Shown here: positions 46,597 through 55,544 of the stretch, piece after piece
Position numbering within the stretch: position 1 is the first letter of the stretch
Layout: each line of letters starts with the position of its first letter
Source of the DNA: Myxococcota bacterium
Lineage (GTDB): Bacteria > Myxococcota_A > UBA796 > CAJQPC01
Direction: 5' to 3'
Assembly: GCA_036012755.1 (NCBI GenBank)
Contig: DASCPX010000031.1
Coordinates: forward strand, 1 to 64,000
DNA length: 64,000 nucleotides
Notes under the pieces: model-generated
The model's database searches: none
What the model saw: only the letters and a program-made list of their open reading frames with translations
What the model was told of the DNA's origin: nothing
Program-made: the position numbers and the translations under genes

Positions 46597-48849
46597 TCAG
46601 CCCAGACGCGGTCTGATCAGCATGATGACAGCAGGCAGGACCAGCAGATCGACGAGCAGGGCAAACAGCATCGCGATGCTGATGAGGACGCCGAAGTAGA
46701 CCACCGACTTGACCTCTGCCAGGGCAAGGACCGAGAAGCCGAGCGCGAGCACGATTGTCGTGACCGCGAGGCTGCGGCCGACGCTGCCCACGGTGCGTCG
46801 GATGGCCCCTTCGTGGTCACCGTCCGCACGCAGCTCGGCTCGGAAGCGGTAGAGGAACTGCACCGTGTCGTCGACGACCAGCCCGAACACGATGGCGGCG
46901 ATCGTGACCGTTGCGACGTCGAGGCGGATCTCGGCCAGGCCCATGACCCCCAGCACGAAGAGCACCGGGACGAGGTTGGCGGGGATGGCGAGCGCGGCGA
47001 TTCGCATGCTGCGGAACAACAACGCCAGCAGCAGGAAGACGACCACGAAGGCCAGCCCGAAGCTCTTGAGCTGGCTCTCGACGATGTAGTCCATCATCTT
47101 CACGTAGAGCGGCAGGTACCCGCTCGGGACCAGCGTCACCCCCTCTGGCATGTCCGCCTGGGCGAGCACCGTATCGAGGGTGTCGGCCATGCCTCGTGCC
47201 GACATCATCTTCATGCCGAAGGTCACGCGCAGGGTCTCGTCGTCGACCCAGGGCTCGTAGTCGACATCCCGCTCGCTGAAGAAGACGAGGCTCTGGATCT
47301 TGCCGTTGGCCTCGTCGACATCCAAGGCGTCTGGCAGGGCAAAGCTCTCGGCTCGGCCGTCGGTCATCGCCTGGTTGAGCTTCTTCAGGATGTCCACGAC
47401 GCTGCGAGACCAGCCGATGTTCTCGTTGTCCTCGGCGGCGGTGGCCCACGCGTCGACGGCTCGCAGGACCTCGATGTCCAGCGGGTCATCCGCCCCGGTG
47501 ACGACAACCTCGAGCGGCATGTAGAAGCCGACGTTGTCCTCGATCCAGTCGCTGTCGGCCTTCACCGGGTGGTCGTCGTAGAGGAAGTCGATGCTGTAGG
47601 TGTCGACCTCGATGCGGGCGACGCCGATCGAGCAGACCAGCGCCAGCAAGCCGGTAGCGACGAGGACCTCGCGGCTTCGCCGGATGCCGAGATCCGCCAG
47701 CCAGTCGACGATGGCCTGGATCCACCCGCGGTCCACCTGGGCCGGCTCGGACTTCTCCGTCGACAACGCGAAGGTGCAGGCAACGATCGCGGCGACAAAG
47801 GCTGCCACGAGGCCGACCGCAGCGAAGGCCCCCATGTCGCGGATGACGGCCATCGGCGCGGTGCAGAGGGCGAGGAAGCCCATCGCGGTGGTCAGGGTGT
47901 TGAAGAGGCAGGGCCAGAACATGAAGCCCACCGCCTTCACGACCCGCTGCCGCCGGGTGCCCTCTGCTTGCTGGGCGGCGTGGCTGAGGATGTGGACGCA
48001 GTCGCTGATGCCGATGATGACCACCAGCGTCGGCAGCACCATCGTCACCATGTTGATGTCGCGTCCCGCGGCCCCGAAGGCCCCCATGAGCCAGGTGGCG
48101 GCGATCCCGACGGTGCCCATCGTGACGACCACCGGCAGGATGCGCCTGTAGAGCACCGCGAGCAGCAGGATGATGAGCAGGTAGCTGGCCGCGATGAAGA
48201 TCCCGGAGTCCACCGTCGCGAGCTTGTTCAGGGCGGCGTAGATGACCCCGATCCCCGCGCTCCTGACAGGCAGCTCCGCCTCTGCGAGGTCGACGTCGAG
48301 CTGGGCGAGGATGCCGTCCCGCCGCGCGTCGATGTCGTCCATCGCGTCCATGCGCGCGAGCACGAGCCCGGTCTTGCCGTCCTCGCTGACGAGCACGCCG
48401 GTGAGCAAGGGGTCGGCGAGGATGTACTCCCTGAGCGAGTCGGACTCGGTCTCGGAGGCGAAGCGCTCTGGCACGAGCGCCTCGACCTCGATCACCTCGC
48501 CGTCCCCGCGGATGTCGATGACGGTGACGAGGCTCTGGACCTCGCCGATGCCCTCTACGCTGGAGGCGACCTCTCCGACGCGCCGGAGCCTCTCGTAGCC
48601 CTCTGGGCGGAGGATGCCCTCGGGGTCGTGGACGGCGAGCGCGATGACCTCGTCGTTGCCGTAGTCCTCTTGGAAGTCGTGGTAAGCGGCGAGGGTGGGG
48701 TCGCCGTCGAGGAACCAGATCTCGACGGCGTTGTCGACGCCGACGGTCGAGGCCTGCCAGCCCGCGAGCCCGGTGAGCAGCAGACAAGCCAGGAGCGCGA
48801 CCCACCGGAAGTCGTAGATCGCGCCGACGATTCGCTCGCCCCAGGTCAT
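46597..48849 (-). CDS. MMPL/RND-family lipid transporter
   Basis: Two TM bundles with GISDCVH and GLVVDDTVQF motifs and two large periplasmic loops. Confidence 0.9.
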   Translation of the reverse strand: MTWGERIVGAIYDFRWVALLACLLLTGLAGWQASTVGVDNAVEIWFLDGDPTLAAYHDFQEDYGNDEVIALAVHDPEGILRPEGYERLRRVGEVASSVEGIGEVQSLVTVIDIRGDGEVIEVEALVPERFASETESDSLREYILADPLLTGVLVSEDGKTGLVLARMDAMDDIDARRDGILAQLDVDLAEAELPVRSAGIGVIYAALNKLATVDSGIFIAASYLLIILLLAVLYRRILPVVVTMGTVGIAATWLMGAFGAAGRDINMVTMVLPTLVVIIGISDCVHILSHAAQQAEGTRRQRVVKAVGFMFWPCLFNTLTTAMGFLALCTAPMAVIRDMGAFAAVGLVAAFVAAIVACTFALSTEKSEPAQVDRGWIQAIVDWLADLGIRRSREVLVATGLLALVCSIGVARIEVDTYSIDFLYDDHPVKADSDWIEDNVGFYMPLEVVVTGADDPLDIEVLRAVDAWATAAEDNENIGWSRSVVDILKKLNQAMTDGRAESFALPDALDVDEANGKIQSLVFFSERDVDYEPWVDDETLRVTFGMKMMSARGMADTLDTVLAQADMPEGVTLVPSGYLPLYVKMMDYIVESQLKSFGLAFVVVFLLLALLFRSMRIAALAIPANLVPVLFVLGVMGLAEIRLDVATVTIAAIVFGLVVDDTVQFLYRFRAELRADGDHEGAIRRTVGSVGRSLAVTTIVLALGFSVLALAEVKSVVYFGVLISIAMLFALLVDLLVLPAVIMLIRPRLG

Positions 48850-48851
48850 GC

Positions 48852-50222
48852 CTACTCCACGGCGCCCGCTGCGACGCACCAGGCCTCGTACCACGGCGCC
48901 AGGGGCGTGTCCGTCGCTGGAAGCTGGGGCACCGCCGAGCTCGCGGCGTCGTCCTCGTCGAAGCCCCAGACCCGAACGATGCGGCCCTCGGCCTTCCAGG
49001 CCTCCACCTGCTCGGTGTCGCCGCTGCTCACGGCGGCGAAGCTCGCCTGGGCCTCGATGAGCGCGTCGTTGCCCTGCTGGAGCTCGACGAAGGCGCGGGT
49101 CGGGTAGGTGATGCGCTCCCCGTTCACCACCATGTCGCCCTCATCGCTGGTGACGACGAGCTCGCCGGCGCTGGTCTCGTCGTAGCGAGCATCGCTGGTC
49201 GTGTCGTGGTCTCCGAGGCTCACGACCGAGTCCTGGAGCTCGAGCAGCCAGAACCACGTGGACCCGGTGCTCGCGCTCTGGTGCACCTCGCGGAACTCCG
49301 TGCCCCCGAGCCAGCTGAGGCTGGGTAGAACCCCGCTGTCGAACGCGACCGCGTCACTCCAGACGATGTCCTCGCCGTCGAAGCGCCCGGCGCGGTAGTC
49401 GAGCAGGTTGCCCTGGTCCGTGCTGATCAGCAGCACCTCTCCACCGTCGGTGAGCGCCACCGCGGGGTCCCAGCCCGAGCCCAGGGCCCCGTGCCGCTTC
49501 CAGCTCACGCCCTCGCCGTCGAGCTGGCCAGCCCAGTACCAGAGCGAGCCCAAGCCGTCGTCGTGGACCTCGACGACCTGGCCCTCGGCGTTCACGGCGA
49601 TGGCGGGGTTGGCACCCTCGTCCCGCAGCGCGGCGAGCCGCGTGCCCTCGTGCCCGGAGTAGACGACGGCGACCTCGCCGCGCATGGCGTCGAGGCCGGC
49701 GAGCTCCACGAGCAGGTCCTCGCCGAAGGCCTGGAGGAGCTCGTCGCCGAGCCGAGCCAGGTTGCCCTGGTCGTAGTGTGGGTTGTCGGTGAGGTCGTCC
49801 TTGAGGTCGAGGCCCAGCACGATCGGCGCGTGTTCGGGGTGCTCATCGGACCACTGGGAGATCACGGCCAGCCAGTCGACGAGGGCGTCGGAGGCTGGGT
49901 TGCCGTCGTGGTCCACCCCCTGACCGACCCACAGGTGGCCGATGCGGTAGCCCTCGTCCTCGAAGTCGTCGTCGTGCACGTCGAGCTCGAGGAAGCGCAC
50001 CCCAGCGTCGAGCTGCTCCACGAGGCTGCCGCGGTCACCGCCCTCGTAGGAGTTGTGGCTCGCGCGCAGGACCAGCTCCGACAGCTCTCGCTCGTCGATC
50101 GGACCGCTGTCGTCCGCGGGCTGGCTGTCCGGCACGCTGTCGCTGCTGTCGGCACGAGCGCTGGTGTCGGGCACGCCGGAGGGCGGCGAGACCTGGTGGG
50201 TGCAGGCCAGGAGCCACGTCAC
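48852..50222 (-). CDS. PI-PLC-like phospholipase C lipoprotein with inserted repeat domain
   Basis: GTGA overlap; VTWLLAC; ASHNSY, QLDAGVRFLELDVH, WSDEHPEHAPIVLGLDLKD, GRIVRVW, ATDTP. Confidence 0.75.
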   Translation of the reverse strand: MTWLLACTHQVSPPSGVPDTSARADSSDSVPDSQPADDSGPIDERELSELVLRASHNSYEGGDRGSLVEQLDAGVRFLELDVHDDDFEDEGYRIGHLWVGQGVDHDGNPASDALVDWLAVISQWSDEHPEHAPIVLGLDLKDDLTDNPHYDQGNLARLGDELLQAFGEDLLVELAGLDAMRGEVAVVYSGHEGTRLAALRDEGANPAIAVNAEGQVVEVHDDGLGSLWYWAGQLDGEGVSWKRHGALGSGWDPAVALTDGGEVLLISTDQGNLLDYRAGRFDGEDIVWSDAVAFDSGVLPSLSWLGGTEFREVHQSASTGSTWFWLLELQDSVVSLGDHDTTSDARYDETSAGELVVTSDEGDMVVNGERITYPTRAFVELQQGNDALIEAQASFAAVSSGDTEQVEAWKAEGRIVRVWGFDEDDAASSAVPQLPATDTPLAPWYEAWCVAAGAVE

Positions 50223-51322
50223 CCCGCGGTCTCCAGGTTGAAGCCCCCATATACGAAGGCCCGGTCGCGGAAGAGCAGGTCGCTCGTGTCGTGGACCTCG
50301 AGCCGATCCGCGAGGGACTCGGGGCGACTCCGAGGCACCAGGGTGTTCCAGTAGGCCAGCCGCGCTCCAGGCGCGGAGTGATCCAGCGACAGTCGAAGCA
50401 GGACCTCGTGGTGCTCGGGCGTCACGTACTCGAAGAGGTTCGAGAAGTTGAAGGCGGTCCAGCCGCCAGCCTCGACCTGGGACTCGAGATCTCCGTGCAC
50501 CAGGGTGATCCGCTCCGCTGCCTCGCCGAGCATGCCGTGGCCCTCTCGGGTGAGGTAGGCCCGAGAACACTCGAGGTCGAGGTAGCGACCGGCGAGCATC
50601 CACTGGAGGTAGGGGTTGTCGCGCACAGGCAGCTCGGAGAAGGCGTGCTTCGCGCGCCCGAGGAAGGCCTCCCCGACCGGCCCATCGACCTGGGCGAACT
50701 GCTCCTTGCTGCGCCCGAGACGGGCCATGACGAGCTCGCTGAAGAAGAGGCGGAAGAGCCCCCGCCAGCGCAGGTTGTCCCAGCGCTCCTCGTAGAACCG
50801 AGCCTGCTGTGCGACCGACTCCAGGTGAAGGAAGTCCTCGATCGTGGAGCTGCGATGGACCAGCGGCAACAGCTTCGTGCGGAAGGTCTCGAGGTAGCGC
50901 TCGAAGCGCCCGAGCTTCAGCACGCCGAGGCGGATCGTGCCCTCGTTGTCGTCCCAGAAGCTCCGCGCATCCTCCGAGAGGTGCTCGCGCACGTGGTGGT
51001 AGATGTGAACCCGCCGCCCGCCCTCGAGCAGGCCCAGGAGCTGCAGGTGCTCCTCGTAGGGAAGGCGCCCGCCAGCGAGCTTGAGCTCGGTCAGCGCGAT
51101 CTGCTGGAAGGAGAGATCGACCGCGACGACCTCTGCGCCCTCCAAGGCGAGCTTGATGGAGTTGTCACCGCCCGAGCAGATGGACAGCACACGGTCCGCC
51201 GGGCCGACCTGCAGCGCCTCCTGCAGGATGTCCTCGTCCTCCCAGCACTGGGCGTAGTTGATCCTGCTCGCGAGGTCGGTCTCGGAGAGCTCGGAGCGAA
51301 AGCGCCTGCGGTCGATCTTCAC
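50219..51322 (-). CDS. DUF3419/BtaA-like SAM-dependent transferase
   Basis: INYAQCWED, VLSICSGGDN, GRFERY, NPYLQW, FNFSNLFEY, LAYWN, DRAFVY. Confidence 0.85.
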   Translation of the reverse strand: MKIDRRRFRSELSETDLASRINYAQCWEDEDILQEALQVGPADRVLSICSGGDNSIKLALEGAEVVAVDLSFQQIALTELKLAGGRLPYEEHLQLLGLLEGGRRVHIYHHVREHLSEDARSFWDDNEGTIRLGVLKLGRFERYLETFRTKLLPLVHRSSTIEDFLHLESVAQQARFYEERWDNLRWRGLFRLFFSELVMARLGRSKEQFAQVDGPVGEAFLGRAKHAFSELPVRDNPYLQWMLAGRYLDLECSRAYLTREGHGMLGEAAERITLVHGDLESQVEAGGWTAFNFSNLFEYVTPEHHEVLLRLSLDHSAPGARLAYWNTLVPRSRPESLADRLEVHDTSDLLFRDRAFVYGGFNLETAG

Positions 51323-51344
51323 GGACTCGGTATTACTGCGGCGA

Positions 51345-51812
51345 TCACGTAGGTGGATCGGATGATCGCCGCGGTAGCCGACGGTCGAGCTCGAGATCGC
51401 GTGGTTCGGAGATGACGAGCTCGCCGAAGCGACCATGACGCGGGTTGATCAAGGCGTTGTCCGAGATCGGCACCAGCGCAGATGGCACCAGGGTCGCGAC
51501 GCTCGAGCGTGCGCGACGCCAGGCATCACCTGCCTCGACGGCGCTCGGCGAGGACAGATCGATCCAGCCGTCGGGGGCGTCCAGCTCGAGGATCGCGTCG
51601 TCTGGCACGTCCACCTCGAACCACACGAGGTCAGGGGGAACCAGCGAGAGGTCGACGTGGACGAGCAGCTCGAGGACGCAGAGATCCAGCGTCGTCGAGG
51701 CGTACACCACAGGCACACCCGGGCTGTTCCAGCGCCCACCAGCGACGGCAGCGCCGTGACCCGTGAAGGCCGTCGTGGCCCAGCGGCGCTTCGAGATCCG
51801 GTACAGCTTCAA
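51345..51812 (-). CDS. RES-domain toxin (ParT/MbcT-like)
   Basis: TTG start overlapping antitoxin stop; LYRI, GGRWNSPG..VYAS, LELLVH, VPSA, LINPRH. Confidence 0.9.
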   Translation of the reverse strand: MKLYRISKRRWATTAFTGHGAAVAGGRWNSPGVPVVYASTTLDLCVLELLVHVDLSLVPPDLVWFEVDVPDDAILELDAPDGWIDLSSPSAVEAGDAWRRARSSVATLVPSALVPISDNALINPRHGRFGELVISEPRDLELDRRLPRRSSDPPT

Positions 51813-52057
51813 CCGATGACGGCGTGCTCGATCCGGGTGAGCACGTCGTCGACACGCTCGGCGCCGATGTCCGTGTCGAGGAGGGACAGGGGAACCACCC
51901 CGCCCAGGCCCCGGTTGCCGCGACGCAGCCACGCCGCTGCCCGCTCGGAGCTGCCGAAGACATCGACGGCGTGGGAAGCGACCCGAGCGATGCGCACGTT
52001 GCGACCGAGTGCCTGCTCACCACCCATCAGCGTGACTATCGACGGCGTAGGGCTCAT
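51809..52057 (-). CDS. Xre/MbcA/ParS-type antitoxin, C-terminal toxin-binding domain only (82 aa)
   Basis: AVDVFGS.ERAAAWL..NRGLGGVVPLSLLDTDIGAERVDDVLTRIEH; GGAG RBS. Confidence 0.85.
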   Translation of the reverse strand: MSPTPSIVTLMGGEQALGRNVRIARVASHAVDVFGSSERAAAWLRRGNRGLGGVVPLSLLDTDIGAERVDDVLTRIEHAVIG

Positions 52058-52067
52058 CCGAGCTCCG

Positions 52068-52087
52068 TGCCAGATGGCATCAACATA
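52068..52087 (-). promoter_or_regulatory. Putative TA promoter -10 (TATGTT) and palindromic operator TGCCA-N2-TGGCA
   Basis: Palindrome at 52068-52079 between -10 (52087-52082) and RBS. Confidence 0.5.
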
Positions 52088-52113
52088 GCGCCACTTGCGC
52101 CCCGAGAGAAGAC

Positions 52114-54645
52114 TCAGGTGGCTTCGACCACCTCGACGACTCCCGTGTCCCCGTCCATGCGGATGACATCTCCGTCGCTGACCCGCTCCGTGAGCCCCCT
52201 GAGTCCGACGATGGTCGGGATGCCCATCTCGCGCGCGACGACCGCCGAGTGGGACAGGAGCGAGCCCCGCTCCACCAACAGGCCCGAGATCGAGGGATAG
52301 AGCGGCACCCAGCCCGGATCGGTGCGCTCGGCGACCAGGATCTCGCCCGACAGCCGCACCCCTCCGCTGGGGTCGTCGAGCACGACACAGGGCCCCTCGA
52401 CGACCCCAGGGCAGCAGCCGGTGCCGACGAGGTTGCCGTCGGCGTCGATCGCCGGCTGGATGGGGCCGCGGAAGCGGTTGCCGATGTAGACCATGCCGCG
52501 AGTGTGGAAGCGCTCGTCCGGTCGCGGACCGGCGCGGTAGCCCTCGAACTCCGCCCGGCGAAGCGCCACCAGCCCGCGGAGGTCGGTCGTGACCGTGGTG
52601 CCGCGCAGGAAGCCCTGGACCTCCTCGATGGTCAGGTAGAACACGTCCTCTCGAACATCGAGGACATCGGCCTCGACCAGGCGCAGTCCCCAGGCGCGGA
52701 TGATGTCCCGCACGAGGCCGAAGACGCGGGTCCGGGCGAAGCGCAGGTCCTCGCGGCACTTCACGCGACGCCGGGTGTTGTCCAGGATCCAGGCGAACAC
52801 CCAGGCCTTCAGCCCGCTCACCAGCGAGAACGCCCTGGCCTCTGCGGCCAGGCGCAGGCGCCGCTCGGAGGCCCCGAAGTCGCTGGGATCGAGCGCGTCG
52901 CCGCGCAGGTAGTTGCGCAGGATGGCTACGAGGAAGCCGGGACGGTGCCGCAGCGACAGCGTCTCGAGCTTGAGCTCGTCCACGCAGCGGTCACCGTAGA
53001 GAGCGATGTACCGGTCGAAGCGCTTCTTGAAGTCCGGGTCCCCCAGCGCCTGGGCGAGGATCTCGTCGTCGTCGCCCTCGCCGAGGAAAAGCGCCTCGAG
53101 CTCCGAGCCACGCAGGTCCGCGGCCATGCCCAGGGCCTCGATCGTGGGGGCTGTGGACTCCAGGTCTCCCTCGCCGGCGAGGAGCTCGTTGTGGAGGTTC
53201 GTGTCCTCGTCCGCCGTGAGCTCCTGGCACTGCTTCTTGAGCAGCCCGTAGAAGATCATGACGAAGAAGTCGTTCACGATCGGCGGGGTCCACTCCCACA
53301 AGAGCCTGGTCTCCAGGTCCTGGTAGACCGCCAGCAACTCGAAGGGCGAGAGAGCGTCGAAGTCCTTTGCCCGGTGCTCTCGATAGGCGGCGCGGAAGAG
53401 CTCCGAAAAGCGCCGCACGCTGCGGTCGAGGGTGAAGACTCGCCAGACCATCTTGACGCCCAGCCAGGCCAGCCTCGGATACCAGACCAGGACCTTCTGC
53501 CAGCCCGCTGCCTCGGCGCCGGCGTCCTCGTCCTCTGCGACCTCCGCGACCCCCATCATCTGCTCCATGAAGGCGCGGTTGACCTGGTAGCCAGGGAGCA
53601 GCGTGAGCACGCCGTACCAGGCGTTGAGGTTGTAGTAGACCCGGCCCCGGACCAGGCCGATCATGCGGTGGAACATGCCCTCGTTCCGCCGGAGCGTGGT
53701 CGCGTCGACACCCATGACCCGACAGAAGAGCTGGTAGATGATCGTGTAGGCCCGCTTGGCGAAGCTGTAGGTCATCGGCGTGGTGACGCCGCTGTAGCTC
53801 TCGACGATGTTCGAGTTGTCCCACAAGAGCCGCCGGCCCCGGGGTACGCGCACCGTGACCGGCCTGACCTGGACCACGAAGAGCTCGTTTCCGAGCACGC
53901 AGAACTCGATGTCCTGGGCGCCGCCGAGCTCCTCGTCGAGACGCCGGCCCAGGCGCGCCACGCGGCGGACCAGCTGCTCGCTCAGGCAGGGAATGCCTCG
54001 CATGTCGAGGGGCACGGGCGCCACGCCCTCGCCCACCCGGAAGGCCTCGTCCTTGTCCTCGAGCTCCTCGTCGACCTCTTCCCGGCGACAGACCCGGAAG
54101 GTGTCGCAAGGCACGAGCCCCTGGACCACCCCCTCCCCGACACCCCAGGCCGCCGAGATGAGCACGGTGTCCGGATCCTCGGGGGTGCCGGTGAACATGA
54201 CGCCCGAGGCGTCGGGGATGACGAGCCTCTGCACGACGACGGCCACCGGGCTGGGCTCGATGCCCGCCTCGCGGCAGTATGAGCGGACCCGCTCGCTGTT
54301 GCCGGATCTCCAGCAGGTGGAGACCGCCTCGACCACCTCGTCGACGGTGGAGGCGCCGAGCACGCTCTCGAGCTGCCCGGCGAAGGAGTGGCTCGCGCCG
54401 TCCTCGGCCACCGCGCTGGAGCGTATGGCGTAGGGTCCCGGCCCCAGAGCCTCGAGCGCAGCTTCGAGGGGCCCACGCAGCTTCTTGGGAAAGCGTCCGG
54501 AGACCCGGTACTCACGGGCTTCCAGCACGAAGAAGTCCGGGACGGGCAGCTCCAGCCTCACCATGCGGACGAGGCCAAGACCCTTGCCGCCGATGATGTC
54601 CGCGCCGACGTCGTCAAGCGCGAGCTCCCAGCCCTGGCGGATCAC
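52114..54645 (-). CDS. PEP-utilising dikinase-type enzyme (ATP-grasp + substrate domain + His swivel; rifampin phosphotransferase/PigC architecture)
   Basis: IGGKG, AIRSSAVAEDG..SFAGQ, QDIEF..QVRPVT, WDNSNIVESYSGVT, TDPGW, GSLLSHSAVVAREMGIP; GTGA overlap. Confidence 0.9.
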   Translation of the reverse strand: MIRQGWELALDDVGADIIGGKGLGLVRMVRLELPVPDFFVLEAREYRVSGRFPKKLRGPLEAALEALGPGPYAIRSSAVAEDGASHSFAGQLESVLGASTVDEVVEAVSTCWRSGNSERVRSYCREAGIEPSPVAVVVQRLVIPDASGVMFTGTPEDPDTVLISAAWGVGEGVVQGLVPCDTFRVCRREEVDEELEDKDEAFRVGEGVAPVPLDMRGIPCLSEQLVRRVARLGRRLDEELGGAQDIEFCVLGNELFVVQVRPVTVRVPRGRRLLWDNSNIVESYSGVTTPMTYSFAKRAYTIIYQLFCRVMGVDATTLRRNEGMFHRMIGLVRGRVYYNLNAWYGVLTLLPGYQVNRAFMEQMMGVAEVAEDEDAGAEAAGWQKVLVWYPRLAWLGVKMVWRVFTLDRSVRRFSELFRAAYREHRAKDFDALSPFELLAVYQDLETRLLWEWTPPIVNDFFVMIFYGLLKKQCQELTADEDTNLHNELLAGEGDLESTAPTIEALGMAADLRGSELEALFLGEGDDDEILAQALGDPDFKKRFDRYIALYGDRCVDELKLETLSLRHRPGFLVAILRNYLRGDALDPSDFGASERRLRLAAEARAFSLVSGLKAWVFAWILDNTRRRVKCREDLRFARTRVFGLVRDIIRAWGLRLVEADVLDVREDVFYLTIEEVQGFLRGTTVTTDLRGLVALRRAEFEGYRAGPRPDERFHTRGMVYIGNRFRGPIQPAIDADGNLVGTGCCPGVVEGPCVVLDDPSGGVRLSGEILVAERTDPGWVPLYPSISGLLVERGSLLSHSAVVAREMGIPTIVGLRGLTERVSDGDVIRMDGDTGVVEVVEAT

Positions 54646-55544
54646 GGCCACGCGAAGGCCCCGCTCAGGAGCATGCAGAGAAAGAGGACCAGGGTGGATG
54701 CGCCCTCGACCTTCTTTGCGGCGGACTCGCGGTGGACCAGCAGCGCGGCCGGAGAGATGGCCACCAGCAGCACGACGACGCTGCCGAGGCCATCGATGGC
54801 CCAGGGGCCCGACAGCGGCCAGCTCCTGGCGATCCAGCCGCCATCGAGGAAGCGCAGCAGGACAGCGAAGGCGACGACGCCCCCGACCATCGACGCCCAC
54901 AACAGCAACAAGGCGCGGCCGCGGCCGAGGACCGAGGTGTAGGACTCCACGCCCTCGATCTCCTCTGCCGGGAGACGGAACTTGCGACCCACCTCGAAGC
55001 CCAGGGAGGCCAGGCTGATCATGGCGACGTAGGCGAGGTAGGCCGGATGCCAGCCGGCGTCGGTGCAGGCCCAGCCCAACAGGGCGAGACCGGCGACCAC
55101 CGGGTTGTGGGTGATGGCGTAGACCACGATGTGCTTCGAGAGCCACTGGCCGACGAAGAACTCCTTGAGCATCAAGAGGGTGAAGACCAGGGTCGCCGCC
55201 CAGGCGATCAAGGCCCGAGGGCCGATCCAGGCACAGATGGCGAGCTCCACCGCGATGGCGATGGCTCCGAGGACGCGCAGGTCCCTCAGGGTCACGTCGC
55301 CACGGCTCAACACCCGGTCCGGGTAGGCCACGACGTCGCCGTCGAAGTCCTTGTGCTCGTCGAAGACGCGGAGGTGGAAGAAGACGAGCAGCACGACGAC
55401 GCCACCAGCCCAGGAGGTGGCCTCTCCTCCACCTACGGCGTGCGACACCAGCGCCGCCGAGCCGAAGAAGAGCGCCACCAGGATCGAGTACGCCACCGGA
55501 GGGAAGCGCTCGTTGAGGTAGGCGGGGACACTTCGAAGGGCCAT
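54642..55544 (-). CDS. UbiA-superfamily prenyltransferase-like membrane protein
   Basis: LRVFDEHKDFDGD..YPDRVLSRG Asp-rich motif, EVGRK..ESYT, multiple TM helices; TGATG overlap. Confidence 0.75.
   Translation of the reverse strand: MALRSVPAYLNERFPPVAYSILVALFFGSAALVSHAVGGGEATSWAGGVVVLLVFFHLRVFDEHKDFDGDVVAYPDRVLSRGDVTLRDLRVLGAIAIAVELAICAWIGPRALIAWAATLVFTLLMLKEFFVGQWLSKHIVVYAITHNPVVAGLALLGWACTDAGWHPAYLAYVAMISLASLGFEVGRKFRLPAEEIEGVESYTSVLGRGRALLLLWASMVGGVVAFAVLLRFLDGGWIARSWPLSGPWAIDGLGSVVVLLVAISPAALLVHRESAAKKVEGASTLVLFLCMLLSGAFAWP

Noticed and set aside
50219..51322. Canonical btaAB betaine lipid operon
   Set aside because: No BtaB methyltransferase adjacent; gene symbol withheld
52114..54645. 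Calling this ppsA/ppdK or a rifampin resistance gene
   Set aside because: Lacks the C-terminal PEP-binding barrel of PpsA/PpdK; shares RPH architecture only, and the context points to another substrate
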